A DNA stretch of 64,000 nucleotides. Source: Camelus ferus (Eukaryota). Location: assembly GCF_009834535.1 (NCBI RefSeq), contig NC_045696.1:72418001-72482000 (forward strand), in the 5' to 3' direction. Shown here piece by piece: positions 22,986 through 37,459 of this stretch. The notes beneath the pieces were generated by a model that had not been told where the DNA came from, ran no database searches, and was given only the letters and a program-made list of their open reading frames with translations. The position numbers and the translations under genes were made by a program. The number at the start of each line of letters is the position of its first letter. Positions within the stretch are counted from its first letter, which is position 1.

Positions 22986-23764
22986 AGAAATGGGTTCAAA
23001 TGGTTAACAGTGGTTAATGCTGGATGATGAGATGAAAGGTAATTGTTATTTTCTTTATGCTTTCCAGTCTTTTCCAAATTTTCTTTAATAAGTATACACT
23101 ACTTTCATGACTAGGAAAAATTATACTTAAAAAATTTGCTAAAAGTGAACAGAGATCCTCCTTTCTGATCAAGCTTAATACATTGGGGTCATATTCTCAA
23201 ATAACCAAATATATATACAACAGAGTTTATATGTCATACAAGCAGCTTTTTGCACTGAAACTTTATGAGGGGTTATAGATGAAGAAAGAAAGAAAATCAA
23301 ATAGAGTGCTATTCTATTCTGCAGACTGGACTATTTATTATCAGGGATGATGAAATGTGATGTCTTACCTAACTCTTCCAGGCAAAGTTAGTTGCCTTCT
23401 TCTAGATTTTGGTCGTACTCTCTAAAGACTCCAGTCCAGCACTCACCACTTTACCTTGTGAACTTTGATTTGCTGGTGGGCAGAGACCTTTCTCTTTCTG
23501 GATAGGACCATGCTATAAGCCAGCAAGGTCCATCAGACAGGAGGGGTGGTTTGCTGAAGTGACTTCCAGCCACAGGGCATTGGAAGGTGTCTGGGGTTGT
23601 AAGGCTGGACTCCTGTGCTAGACTCCGTGTCTTTGGTACCCAGTGTTAGGGCACAAGGAATGCTGGCCAGGGCAAGCCAGCGTTTACTAAGTGGAAATCT
23701 CTTAATCAATGCCAGTCCCTGTGAGAACCTTGTGAGGGATGCATTGTTGTCTCTTGTGGCAAAT

Positions 23765-24146
23765 TGTGTGGATCAGCCTGCTCCACGTGTTCCAACCCCT
23801 TCTGGTGTGCCTTCCTGACCTACAGAGGCTGTACGACTAAAAAAATCATTTTCCACATGCCCTTGCAGCTGTGATTTTTGATGCAATTTTTGTTTTATCA
23901 CTTTTACTATCATAAGACTTGAACTAGTCACAGGGTTAAATACAGGGAGAAAGATTAGTTATGAGGCATGTATATTGCTAGCAAGGAAAATGCCAGAGGT
24001 TAAATGGTTCTAGGTCTGGGAGCTGAACCTAGAAACTCAACCTGGAGCCTGGTCATCTAGCCCTTCCAATTATTTAGAAAACTATTCATACTCAGTAGTA
24101 AACTCCTTTTTGTTTTAACAAGTTAAAAGTGGATTTTGCTGCCTAT
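23765..24146 (+). mobile_element. ERVL-class LTR (LTR16/LTR33-like)
   Basis: cattttccacatgcccttgcagctg ... agtaaactcctttttgttttaacaagttaaaagtggattttgctgcc. Confidence 0.55.
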
Positions 24147-24654
24147 AGTTGTGGTCTGACAAATGTGCCCATTGTACAGCACAAGAAGTTGAGACTAGAG
24201 CTAGAAAGTGACCTACTCCAGCTTACACAGCTAATGAGTGGAAGAAGTGGATGGTGAGCTTGGGTCCTTTGATGATATGCCAGGGTGCTTTCAGCAGCAG
24301 GGCAAGCAGTAGACTCAGGGATCAGATCCTGGGAGTTTCCAGGGTCATTAAGATAGCACTGAGAAACCACACAGGCAGATCCAAGGTCAGGGTGCCACAG
24401 CGACATTTTGACTATATTACCAAGTAAGAGCTGCTGCGACTCCCCACTGGCCTGGGTTGGAAGTAGGTGACTTCCCACTAACCGCGCTCCCATTACTTGC
24501 TCCTTCCTATGGTCTTTTTTGGTCTTTCTACTAAGTGTATTACTTGCCTTCCTGTACTTCTGTGTTAATATTGGGATTCCACACAGTTTGGGTTGATCAT
24601 TCAGCTGTGTCCACATTGTACTATGTGCCCCTTTACTATTCTTAGTATATGTAT

Positions 24655-26950
24655 ATTTTTTTCCATTTTTTAAATTGAAGTATGATCAGTTTACAGTGTT
24701 GTGTCAATTTCTGATGTACAGCATAAAGTTTCACTCATACATGAACATGCATATATTCTTTTTCATTAAAGGTTGTTACAAGATATTGGATATAATTCCC
24801 TGTGCTATACAGTAGAAACATTGTTTATCTATTTTATATATAGTAGTTAGTATCTGCGAATCTCCACCTCCCAATTTATCCCTTCCCACTCCCTTTTCCC
24901 CCTAGTAATCATAAGTTTGTTTTCTATGTCTGTGAGTCTGTTTCTGTTTTGTAAATAAGTTCGTTTGTCTTGTTTTTTTTCCCCTTGATTCCACATATAA
25001 GTGATATCATATGGTATTTTTCTTTCTCTTTCTGGCTTACTTCACTTAGAATGACATTCTCCAGGTTCATCTACGTTGCTGCAAATGGCGTTATTTTATT
25101 CTTTTTATGGCTGAGTAGTATTCCATTGTATTAATATACCACAACTTCTTTATCTAGTCATCTGTAGGTGGACATTTAGGTTGCTTCCATGTCTTGGCTA
25201 TTGTGTATAGTGCTGCTATGAACATTGGGGAGCATGTGTCTTTTAGAATTAAAGTTCCCTCTGGATATATGCCCAGAATTGGGATTGCTGGATCATACGG
25301 TAAGTCTACATTTAGTTTTTTAAGGAATCTCCATACCATTTTCCATAATGACTGCACCAAACTACATTTCCACCAACAGTGTAGGAAGGTTCCCTTTTCT
25401 CCACAGCCTCTCTAGCATTTATCATTTGTGAACTTTTTAATGATAGCCAGTCTGACTGGTGTGAGGGGATGCCTCACTGTAGTTTTGATTTGCATTTCTT
25501 TAATAATATTGAGTATTTTTTCATGTGCCTGTTGGCCATTTGTATGTCTTCATTGGAGAATTGCTTGTTTAGGTCTTCTGCCCATTTTTGGATTAGGTTG
25601 TTTGATTTTTTTTTGTTATTAAGTTATTAAGTATGAACTGTTTGTATATTCTGGAAATTACACCCTTGTCAGTCACATCATCTGCAAATATTTTCTCCCA
25701 TTCTGTAGGTTGTCTTTTTGTTTTGTTTATGGTTTCTGTTGCTGTGCAAAAGCTTATAAGTTTAATTAGGTCCTATTTGTTTATTTTTGCTTTTATTTCT
25801 ATTGCCTGGGTCAACTGACCTAGGAGAACTTTGCTAAGATTTATGTAACAGAATGTTTTGCCTATGGTTTCTTCTAGGAGGTTTATAGTGTCTTGTCTTA
25901 TGTTTAAGTCTTTAAGCCATTTTGAGTTTATTTTTGTGTATGGTGTAAGGGAGTATTCTAACTTCATTGATTTATATGCAGCTGCCCAGTTTTCCCAACA
26001 CCATTTGCTGAAGAGACTGTCTTGACTCCATTGTTATGTTCTTGCCTCCTTTGTCAAAGATGAATTGACCAAAAGTTTGTGGCTTTATTTCTGGGCTCTC
26101 CATTCTCTTCCATTGATCCATATATCTGTTTTTTTGAGCCAATACCACACTGTTTTGATTACTATAGCTCTGTAGTATTGTCTGAGATCTGAGAAGTTTG
26201 TTCCTAAAGCTTTGTTTTTTTTTTCTACAATATTACTCTGGCAATTCTGGGGCTTTTGTAATTCCGTATAAATTTAGGAGTATTTGTTCTAGTTCTGTGA
26301 AAAATATCCTGGGTTATTTGATAAGAATTGTGTTAAACCTGTAGATTGCTTTGTTAAAATGGCCATAGCTTTCATTCTTCCAAACCTAGAGCATGGGCTA
26401 TCTTTCCATTTCTTTGAATGATCTTCAGTTTCCTTAATCAGTGTTTTGTAGTTCTCCACATGTAAGTCTTTTGCCTCCTTTGTCAGGGTTTTTTCTAATT
26501 ACTTTTTTTTTTGGATGAAATTTTAAAAGGGATTTTTTAACTTTCTTTTTCTTATATTTCATTTTCACAGTGTAAAGAAATATAAATGATTTCTGAATGT
26601 TAATCTGGTATTCTACTACCTTGCCGAATTCTTTTATCAGCTCTAGTAGTTTTCATGTGGAGCCTTTGGAATTTTCTATATATAGTGTCAGGTCATCTGC
26701 ATATAGTGACAGTTTTACCTCTTCTCTTCCAACTAGGATCCCTTTTATTTCTTTTTCTTGTCTGATTGCTATGACTAGGATCTCCAATACTATGTTGAAT
26801 AGAAGTGGTGAGAGTGGGCATCTTTGTATTGTTCCAAATTTTAGTAGGAAGGCTTTAAGCTTTTTACCATTGAGTATTATGCTGACTGTGGGTTTGTCAT
26901 AAATAGCTTTTATTATGTTGAGATATGTCGTGGCTACAACCACTTTGGTA
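24655..26950 (-). mobile_element. Young L1, ~2.3 kb, 5'-truncated within the RT domain
   Basis: Minus-strand ORF2 fragments: [49 protein letters not shown]...KLSLYADD (26653-26943), [29 protein letters not shown]; 3'UTR and T tract at ~24660. Confidence 0.97.
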
Positions 26951-27129
26951 AGATGTTCTTAGACTATTTTATTGCTTCTTTAAAACTTTTTTTCAGAACG
27001 AAGAAAGGAATTACAAACCTATAGCTTGATAGGCAGATAAGCAAATATTGAATTATAATTATCAGATTACTTTTCTATCTCCCACTAGATTATCTAAAGT
27101 AGATGTCCTGTCCATATCAGTCCATTGTT

Positions 27130-27340
27130 TTCTCATTTATGGCTCTCCTCATAATTTGTAATTATTTAATTTTTGGGGGGGTTATGTTTGTTTTCTTTTA
27201 TATTTAATATACTAGGAAATAAGTTTTATGATACCAGGGTCCAAGTCTACTTTGACCAGGGCTGTGTCTGCAACCACTGACCCAATCCTGACATAAAGCA
27301 AGTAATTGAAAATGTTTATTAAGTGAATGGATGAATGATG
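27130..27340 (+). mobile_element. L2 3' end
   Basis: cataatttgtaattattt...aagttttatgataccagggtcc...aaatgtttattaagtgaatggatgaatga. Confidence 0.65.
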
Positions 27341-28069
27341 AGCAGGGACCATGTCTTGTCTTTTCATATTTGTATCTTAGTGTCCAGTTTGAACCTGATA
27401 TATAGAGGATGTTGACTCATTTTAATTGAAAAAGAAGCTGTACTCTGTGCACATGACCTACATTCATGAATACAAATTTTATCTTTTTCTTTTCAATGTC
27501 TTCAAAACTGGAAACTTTAGGTTGTTCATCATTCACTTGCTATTTATTCAACAAATATTTGTAGAGGGAGTTGACATAAAGAGAAATAAGTAATAAACAT
27601 TTCATACCTTCAATTTTGGCAGATGATCTAGCATATTACATATCTTTAATACATTTTCTAGAGGAAGAAACAAATGAATGAAAGAATGTTAAATTTGTGG
27701 GGCTTGGTATTACCTGCAGAAAAGAAACAGCATTTTCAGGCAATAGGGTAACTTCAGCTACACTGCATTGATTGGATTCTCCTGATGTCTTTCTACGTGA
27801 GATAGTATTTCCTAGATGGCATTCTCTTTGATATTTCTTCTCTGGCTGGTCATGGAGATCAAGGATCTGAAACATCTTTTTCTCTGAGTATTGCTGGAGG
27901 GCCTTTGGGCGCCACTCACAGAGCTGAGGCACTGGCGAGAGAGAGTAGAGAAAAGGGGAATGAGGAAATAAGAAGAAAAGAAAGAAAGGAAATAAGAGAG
28001 GTCAGAGGATGAGAACAAGGGAGAGAAAGGAGCCTAATTTGGAAGAAATAATGGTGATAATGCCAGTGA

Positions 28070-28295
28070 CACCAGCTAGTTATGAAATGCCTTTTATAGA
28101 GATTCTATATTCTTTTCAACACATACATTGTATCTGATTTTCATAACCCAGCCAGCAAGGTCAGTTAACATTTATTACTTTCATTGTGTAGATGATCAGG
28201 CAGGCTCAGAGATGTTAATAAGTAACCAGTCACACACTGCTAAGAGGTAAAGCCTGGATTTGCTCTCAGGAGTGTCTGGCTCAAAGCCATAGTAT
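28070..28295 (-). mobile_element. MIR SINE
   Basis: ttcattgtgtagatgatcaggcaggctcagagatgttaa...gtcacacactgctaagagg...tgtctggctcaaagcc. Confidence 0.65.
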
Positions 28296-29429
28296 GTTCA
28301 CCTGGTGAGGAATGACAGAGAGGCACCACCGGGGACCTGCATGTCTTCCAGACCTGCATGCCTCCCACTGAGCATTTGGATTACAGAGTGTCAACCTCCC
28401 ACTTTAGGTTGGGTATCTAGATATCAACACTTTAAAGTAGCTGTCTGTTTCCTGCTGATTCACACACACACATGCACACACACACTCAACCAGAAAAAAG
28501 AAAAGAAAAATTTGTTAATATTTGTGTACACTTTGATCAGAATACTTAACAGAAAAGAGGCATAATGGATGACAGAGAGGCCACATTCTCAAATGCCATA
28601 ATTACAGAAATAAAGCAAAACCCCTGACTCTAGTCTCACCCCCCACATATAGTGAGTAGAGTCAACAAAGCCACATAGACCAAAAAAAGTAACAGGAAAA
28701 TAACAAATAAAATTGAGGAGCCATGTAAATACTTTCTGACTGTCCATTCCCTAAAGGGTTGAGGTCAGGCATATGGTTCTATTCATCAAACCCTAAACAA
28801 AGGACTTGGGCTATTTTATGCCCTGGTCATTATTGTTGGTTAAATTAAATAAAGCATGATCAAAAAAAGTATAATGGAATATTAGTTTTGGTTACTGTAG
28901 CTAATTGAAAACATAGCAGGAGTTGTGACTGTAGAAAATAAAGTGAGAACACTCAGATGCACGTCCAAGTCTAGCTTACCCTTTTCAAGTTGGGCAGTAG
29001 CATATTTTTGAAAATGATCATTATCCCTAGGGTCTATACTTAAGTGCATCAGGAGAAAGACTTGGCCTGGGAAAAAAGAAAAGTAACCAACTCTCAGCTA
29101 TCAGTAGACTTCAGAAATTCAAATTCAATTTGAAAACTATCAGTTGTTAATTTGTTCACATAAAAGACATTGCAAAAACACATAATTCCTGTGAAGCCAA
29201 GGACTGTGTGGTTTTCATCTTGCTGCTCCCAGTTTGAAGCCTACATCCTGACATCTAGGGGATGCTCATCAGTAATTGTTGAGTGAATGAGTGTATGATT
29301 ATTGATGACCTTTGTTTACTCTAATAAATGAGAGGGTTTTCTTTCTCAGATGACTGACCTTTTTCCTAAGTGAAAGTGCAGACTGACAAGATTTGGGAGA
29401 GAAAAGACAGCTCTACTTTAGCTTGATAC

Positions 29430-29545
29430 ATAAACGTAAGCAGGAATTTTTGTCTGTTTTGTTCACTACTGTATTTCCAGTGCCTGGAGTGGTATCTGGC
29501 AAATGTGAGATACTCAACAAATATTTGTTAAATTAATGAATAAAT
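29430..29545 (+). mobile_element. L2 3' end
   Basis: gcaggaatttttgtctgttttgttcactactgtatttccagtgcctgg...ctcaacaaatatttgttaaattaatgaataaatg. Confidence 0.8.
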
Positions 29546-32069
29546 GCTCAGCATGGAATTGGAAGAAGAGAGCAAATTAAGCAAAGGAGGCAAAGGTGGA
29601 GAACTCAGAACTTCACAGTGTATTTTATTTCTCTGCTGATTTATCAATTTTCGAATGTTGGGCACACTCTTACTTGATGAAAGTACAGGAATCCTCTCCT
29701 CAAATCAATATAATCTGCCTTGTAGGATTAATCAGGTTTCTCTTTATTAACATGAAGGACTGGGATAATGCTTTTAAAGGCATCGGTTCCAGCAACTAAG
29801 TGAAAGTTGCTCTAGAATCACTTAAAATGCAAGGGGGATATATTTGGGCAATGCCAGTCATTCTCATGTTACAGGGGAATGGTATGTTCTTAAGGAGAAT
29901 TTGCATTAGATTTCTGAACTTTGTGCCCTCCACCTCCATTACCTACTTACACTCGTTGATTTTTCCTAGAAGAGGCTTATTCTACTCATTTTTCTTCAAG
30001 CAAAGATACTTTACTGATTATCAAAGGCCAATGACACAGAAGATGTACATGAGAGGCCATGTTTAAGTAGCACTGAGAGAAATGTTCTTATGAAGAATGC
30101 TCTTAGAATGTGTCCTTAATCTATGCTTAACAGCATAATGGAGGGAAACACTGGCAAAAAACAAGCTGGACGTGCTTTAGCAGGAGTAATTTGTATAGGG
30201 TAGAAAAAATGTCATCAATATTCACTAGTTATCCTATGTGGCATCTGACTTTTTTTTCATTAAGTGACTGTGTGTGGTATTCTGTGTATGTGGGTGGCAT
30301 TTTTTTTTCTTTTTCAGATGAGTATGTATATGTTGTTTGTTGTCCTCCTTTTGTCACACACTTAACCATCAATTTAAAGGGGGAAAAAAAGATTGTTGAA
30401 ACAACATTTATTTTCATTTAGACAAGTACCACATTTTCTGAATCCATTTTGAATTCAGTTCAAGTGATGGAAAGTTGGTGAAATTTTGCATAGAATCACA
30501 AATTGGAAAAATTGTCACAGAGTTTAGTGTTTCTCTGTTGTCCCTTGATCATACATGGGAGCCAAAATCATATACTTTTGAGCACATTTCTTTTGAATTG
30601 AATTCCCAGAACTGTGGTGCAAAGATGCAGGCAGCAATTTTCACATAGTAAGGAAATGTTCAGTAGGCTCTTGCATTTTGTTCTACCTAAAATACTATCT
30701 GAATGTGACTCTTTTACATCACTGGTTGAAGCTCTCTGGTATTACCCCACACAATGGGGCTCTCTTCAGCAACTAAGAGGAGGGGAAATGTCATAAGAGG
30801 GCAAGCAATAAAGCCAAGGGGAACATGGTTTATGTATGCAAAACTTACAGTAGAACTTTAGACAGGAAAAAAGTTGATGATGCAAGTTAAAGCTGGCCCC
30901 AGGCAGCAGTTACTTACTGAAGTGGCATTTATTTGGCTGATAACCCAAGGTTTTGCTGAACTTGCTAGTAGAACAGAGGTAATCTTTATGGAAGAATGAA
31001 TTACAATAGCAGTTTGCAGTAACATTATTTGATCTTTCCCTTATATAGAATAATCTTGTAAGCTCCCCCCAAACTTTTAAGTTCCAACTTTCTGCTGTGT
31101 CTTAGAAACTGAAATAGGAATCTTCCTATATATCCCCAAAGATTTTTCCAGTAGGTTTGCAGTATATCTCACCTGCAATAGATTGAGTGATAAGGGTATA
31201 ATGTGAGATTTGATCTCATAAAGTAACTGAGCTGAAAGTTAGATGGGGTAGGATATTGACATTCTGAGAAGTAAAATGACTCACTCAGAGTCACACAGCC
31301 AGGTGACCTGCTTCAGGTGCTGACTGTAGCTACTATTTCAGAGCTAATTAAACAGGCTCAGATCAAGAAGTCTCAAGATGAGAGAGGATTATAAAAAGAT
31401 TGCAGTGCTTTTCTGAGAAGCGTGGGTGTCATGAGAACAAGATGAATATTGAATTATTTGTAAAGATTACCTTTCCTTTCTTTTGTCTTCTCTAATTACT
31501 AATAATATTAATGGGCATTAAACAATTTTGTAGCTGAAAGTTTGAAATGTATTTACAAGGTACTGAGAATCTTTAATGCATTTTGATGAAAATATATATT
31601 TTTGTTTAGGACACATAGAGATTTATGGGAAGAATGAAACTTCATCATATTAGATTTAAGACATACAGTTTTCTCTTCCAAAGCATATGCACTTTTTCTT
31701 ATACACTCTCTGAATGCCCAGCAACATTTGATATGGGTGGGGTAAAAATGTGGCACCACACCTGGAGAAATGCTGAATCATCCATCAGTTGCAGTTCAGG
31801 TATTTGGAGCTGGCTGGAGGCATAATGATGAGGCAGGGATCCTCGCCCCTTCCAGTGTCTTCCTCCAACCTGGAAGCTCCAGTTTGGGGACATCATAGGT
31901 GAGGTGGAGAGAAGTGAGAAAGAAGACTAGAAATAACAAGCCAGTGTCAGTCAGGGAGACCTTGAAAGTCTTTCTCTCTCAATTTGCCATTTTTTCTTCT
32001 CCACATACCATCACAACTAAGTCTCTCTACTCATCAAATGAAAGAGCACATCTGTATTCCCTTAACTAT

Positions 32070-32800
32070 TGCCTTTTCTCTTTTCCCCTTCACAGCTTGA
32101 GTCATATCTGAAGATTCTTTCTTCCCCTGTGCTGGCTCTTATACTTTTCAACCTAATGTGGCCTGACAGTTGCCTCTGCCTTGCTTCTGAAACTGCTCTC
32201 ATTGAATTCATTAATGACACAATTGCCAAATCCAGTGGCATGTTGAAGTTCTTACATTAGGCAACATGCTTATAGTTTAACACTGCTGACTTCCCCCTTA
32301 TTCTTGAAACTTCTGCTTGGCTTCCCTTCTTGCCCTGCTTTCCTTCTATTTCATGAGTCTCTTCCCTTTCACATTGGTGCTCTCCAGTGGTCTCTGGGTC
32401 CTTCTTCTGCTCTTACTCTTCATAAACCATATCTTCTATTCATATAATTTTAAATGCTTTCCCATGAGCTCTGGACCTATATTTTCAATGGCCTCTTGGA
32501 AATCTTTCAGTCTGCACTGTAGACACCACAACTTAATGACATCCTAAGGTGAACTGACTGTCTCTCTTCCAGAATTAGTTCTTGTCTTATATTTTTGATT
32601 CTGCTTAAATAACTCCACCATACACCTGGTCCCCCATGTTAGAAATTTGGGAATAATCCATAATACTTTTATTTTTGCTACTTGTATAAATGTCATCAAA
32701 TTTTCTTGATTTTGCTTCTTAATCACTTCTCAAGCCTATTTTTTCCTCTGTCTATTGTCACTACTATAGTTTAGCTACTCATCATTTTTTAATCCTAGCT
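32070..32800 (+). mobile_element. L2 fragment
   Basis: tctgaaactgctctcattgaattcattaatgac...ttgccaaatccagtgg...ttcttgaaac...cttaatgacatcctaaggtgaactg. Confidence 0.7.
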
Positions 32801-32859
32801 GATTGATATCAGTTGTGAAAATTGTTATGGAAAAAATATAAATGGCATGACGTGATGGA

Positions 32860-33500
32860 GTTTCTGGGACCATCTCTGATGAAGTGATCTTTTGGCCAGA
32901 TGCCAAGGAGCTACCCTAGAATGATCTGAGGGGCAGAAAGTTCCAGGAGGAGAGAAAATAATACACAAAAGCCCTAAGGAGAGAACAAATCTGATGGGTT
33001 TGAGGAGCAGAAAGAAGGCTGGAATGGCTAAGTCACGGTGAGCCAGGGGAGAGTACAGGGGGATCATGTCACAGAGATTACACATAAGAGTTTTTGGCCA
33101 TGGAAAGGGTATAATACTTACAATTTCTTGTGTCATAATAGTTCATTGGCCATGGAGAGAGAAGAAATACTCATGGCCTTGGGACATTAATGACATATCT
33201 ATTGAAATGAGGAAGTTGAGAAGAAGGGGCAGTTTGATGGGGAAAGAGCATCTTAGTCTGAGGAATTAGTAAATGGCTCTGAAAGTTAAAAATGTGAGTT
33301 TAGGGACTGAGGAATTCATTGCTTAAAGATTAAAGTAGATCCTCTGGATTTGATGTGATTACCAAAGAAGACAGTAAAGATAGAGATTCCTAAAGAGAGA
33401 GGACTAAGGAAGAAGGCTAAAGATAAAGCCTTGGAGAAGTGAAAATGGCGGTAAAAAGAGAAGCCTCCAAGGAAATTTGGAAGGATAAGGGAGAGCTGGC
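32860..33500 (-). mobile_element. L2 fragment
   Basis: agaaagttccaggaggagagaaaataatacacaaaagccctaagg...tttgaggagcagaaagaaggctggaatggct. Confidence 0.7.
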
Positions 33501-35134
33501 CATGTTCTCATACATATGGATAGATCCACTGCAGAAAAGATAGAAAATGCTGCTAAGATAAGTCATGATAGACTCTGGATCAAGGTTAGCTGGGACTAGG
33601 TAGCAACATATGGACCATGAACTGCCAAGTTTGAGGCTGCCTTGTGAGGATGGGACACATAGGTGGAGACAACTTAGGAGAACTACATGGGCTGGACCCA
33701 GCTAGGCCAGCCAGGCAGGCCAAAGCCCAGGTCTAGTTTGGTCAAGGATCAGTGCAAGGGGTGTATGCTGACTGACCTTCCTCAGTGAAGTAGGCCTGAA
33801 GTTCACCCCCTGTGAGGGAGGTTAAGTTGAAGGAAGTCAAAGGGTGGGCCCTTGAGGATAGATGTTTAAAACAGCTAATGTGGCTTCCTATAATAGTCAA
33901 CAAGGGATGTGTAAAACCATTCCTGAGGATCAGTGAGAACTCAGCTGAGGTTAGAAAGCATTGCTTCGTGGTGGCCTAGTTTCCATGGTTTCCTTTTTCA
34001 TGCAGCTTGGGAAAGGAGAAAGCAGAGAAAACCAATTATTGTCTACAATAAGTCTAGGTTAAGAAATACTAGCTTGATGTTAGAGGCTACTATATTTTTC
34101 CCCTAGTGCCACAGTATTATTTTGAGTTCTGTAGTGAAAAAAAATGGAAAGGTTGTAGGTCAAATTGAATTTTGTTATTTTTTATATTGAATAAATTATG
34201 TATGATTTAGCCCAACTTTGAAAATCTATCTGCAAAAAGTGGAACCAAGGGTTTACATTAATAAGCCTGCAGTGATTTATATTTAACTCATTTTACAAGA
34301 AATTTGGAAACTTTGTACCACTGTTATAGTGATTTGGGCTCTTATCTAGCAAGCATGTGCTTTGGAGACCAAGAATGTACAAATAAATAGTAATGGTATA
34401 ACACAAATTTCAAATTTTTTGAGTGACACATTAACAATGTGAAGTTTTCCACTGACTGATATTTTAACGTCACACCCCCCAACAAACCTATAATTAAAGT
34501 TATTTTGGCATTTTCATCTCGAATCCCTGCTTTTGGGGGGTGGGCAGGTTATAATTCCACTTTTAAAATGAGTTTCCAGATACAATTTGACATAAAATAC
34601 AAAGTCTTATCTTAGCAACAATTTCCCCTCCACCTTCCATCATGAAATATAGGAATATGTGGTCTTTCAGTTTTAAAAGTTATAACGATATTTAAAAAGG
34701 GAAATTGAACCTGTTTTTATTTGTTTATTTGGATTTGTTGACCACAGTGTATATATGGGAACTGAAGCCTCGCTGTAGAACAATTCACACAAACATCAGA
34801 GGTCATAGCCTATAACAGATAGTTCTGGGAGAAGACAGTAGTCCCATTTATAATGCTTGTCTTCTTTTAATAAAACATTAATTAATTCCTATTTTTCTTT
34901 GAGAGAAATAATACTTGCCCTGTGATTATTCCCAGGAAAAGAGTTTGGGTCTATAGCTGCACACTTTAAACAGCATATGAATAAGTTAGAGCAATAGCAT
35001 CAAAATAGAAACAAACAAAAAGTCAAGATGGAATAAGAATCATCTCTCTTTTTGTACATTGTTCCTTTCTTTTAATCTCTTGAGCATGGAAATTTTATAT
35101 GGAATTCTAATAATTTCCCTTCATACTCATTAAT

Positions 35135-35216
35135 TTTATATATACATATATATTACACATATGTCATATATATGTATTTATTATATATATAATGTATTAT
35201 ATATGCATATATATAA
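35135..35216. repeat. Degenerate (TA)n microsatellite
   Basis: tatatatacatatatattacacatatgtcatatatatgtatttattatatatataatg. Confidence 0.85.
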
Positions 35217-36629
35217 TCAGGGAATAAATCTCCTGAAGATTTATCTTCTGGGCCTTTCCCCCCCTTGAATATGAGTTCTGACTTAGCAGGGGGAAAGCTT
35301 TAGATACTTCTGAAGCAGGAGTTTAAATTCTTCACTGGAATTCAGAAAGTAAAAGGAAAGTGCTTGGGAAGAAATCTTATGCTGAAGTGGGGGGTCATAG
35401 AAAGGCCATTCAATTCTTGCAGGAAGGTCATGGGGGCAGTGGGAGGGGTCATAGACCAAGGATCATTTGAAGAATGCCATCCTTTAAGTAGGCTTTAGGC
35501 GTATCATTGGTTGGGAAACATCAATATGGTCTTTCTTGCACAAACAATTCTAGGAAATGCCTCCCAAGACACTTTATAGCCCAGTGTGGGGGTGAGGAGA
35601 GGGGTGAAGACTGAAACAACCATTATTTATTCCCATCAGAATAAGTACTGAATCACACATAAAAATCCTTTCTGAAACTCTTGGTCATTTCACATGGGTG
35701 AGGGCTTGACTTTGCCTTAGGAGAGACATTTTTCTTATCAACCCCTTTCTTTCTCTCCTCCCTAGACACATATAACCTGATTTCCTCAGAAATAACAAGA
35801 GTCCAAGTTTCAAATACTTCCAGAGGTTTTATAGCTCCCTTTTTAAATTTTAAAATTCTCTGGTGTCACCATCATATATATATAAATACGAAAGAAAGGA
35901 GCGACATTAGGGACTACTATTGAGCTAAGTGTAATATTAATTTAATGCAGGTCTTGATAAACCTCTATGGCAAATTAGAGGTTTCCCACTTCCCCAGTCA
36001 GCTGCCCATAAGATGTTGGGAGGTTCTTTGTTTTTTTTTTTTTTCCTTTAACACAAGGATCTTAAGAATTTGTAGCTACGTATTTTTAATACTGTCAATA
36101 AACAGCTTCCTCAAGACTCAGAGGGGCAATAATGGAAGCTGTTAACAAAGTGTGAAAAGCAACGGGCTAGCAAAGGTTAATCACATGGCTGCCCACTAAT
36201 GACCTCTACAGCCCTCAGTTTAAACCCAACAGCACTTGTAAAGACCAATCACGTGAATAATTTCCTGTCTGAGGTAGCCTTTATGGTTAAGAATAAAAGC
36301 AGAGCTGATTGTGAATAGAAAGCCCCTGGCAGGGGAGGTGGTTATTATTTTTAAGCTGATCTAAACACCTGGGTTTCCCACTGGACCCTATTAAACTTCC
36401 TCCATTATGTCTAAATATTTCAGTCATTTCTACAGCAGTTGTGAATGAGTGCATTACTAAGGTAGGCAAGAACTAGGAGAGGGGACAGGTTGCCGAATGG
36501 CAGAGCCCCTTCCTCCACGTGACGACACTCAGGTAGGGAGAATTTCAGGCTTTGGGAAGGGAATTAGAGGGTCATCCTTACCTCTGTAGCTCCCTGACCC
36601 CACCCCGTCTCAAGAAAGACCACACGTAA

Positions 36630-36830
36630 AGCCATTCAGACCAAGAAAATTTTACTATTTTAAAGGCCTGTAGATGAGGAGATTCTTTAGTTTGCCCTGG
36701 TAACCCATCTCATTGTTTAACAGCCCTCACTATCAGCCAGCAGTTTTCCCATATAAAGGACTTAAGTAATTTCTGTTGTGGTTTAGACCCATTTTCCCTG
36801 CTCTGTCTTTGGATGGCTGTTTTGCTGATC
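36630..36830 (+). mobile_element. L3/CR1 3' fragment
   Basis: gatgaggagattc...ccctggtaacccatctcattgtttaacagccctcactatcag...tgttgtggtttagacccattttccctgctctg resembles the CR1/L3 3' region. Confidence 0.55.
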
Positions 36831-37169
36831 CTTCCACATTTTATTATAGTCTTGGTTAAACATTACTCCCCTCCAATAAAATTGTTAAGTCTTAACCTCT
36901 AGCTTATAGATCTGAACATATTTAAGTGAGGAGCACTTATCTAGTAACAATGGCATTTTTAGGTTCATGGCAAGGACAGGATTTAAAAGCAGTAACAAGG
37001 CTTCAAGATTCCAATGTGGTAGAACTGGGTGGTCCTTTGGGCAATGGGTCAGTCCATACTCAATACTTCTCTCTTTTGTCACTCCTTGTTTGCATCAGCT
37101 CATATCCCATTATATTATTTGTATAAATATCTCTCTTCGAAATTGTGTTATAAGATCCTATAATGAGTA

Positions 37170-37385
37170 ACATGTAGCAGAAGAATAAGATTGTGATATG
37201 CAGTCAGGTCTAAGTTCAAATTTTGCCTCTGTTCTTTCTTGTGAGAACATGGACAAGTTGCCAATCACACCAAGACTCAGTTTCTTAAAAGCAATACCTC
37301 CTTCCTAGAGTTGCTATAAGAGTGAAAGTAAGTAACTTGTGTATAGCCCCTGAAATGCACTAGGTACTCAATATATGTTAGTTCT
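37170..37385 (+). mobile_element. MIR SINE
   Basis: gtctaagttcaaattttgcctctg...ggacaagttg...ctcagtttc...taggtactcaatatatgttag. Confidence 0.7.
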
Positions 37386-37459
37386 TGTCCCTTTCTATTT
37401 TATTAGTAACCCTGAATCCAGCACAGTGACTTATTCATGATAAAGATCCACAGGAGGCA

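Noticed and set aside
24143..24616. 157-aa minus-strand ORF
   Set aside because: Partly overlaps MIR-like sequence, has no recognisable domain and lacks convincing gene context.
24630..26975. Possible TSD for the 2.3-kb minus-strand L1 (ttcttag at both ends)
   Set aside because: Only 7 matching bases in AT-rich DNA; not convincing.
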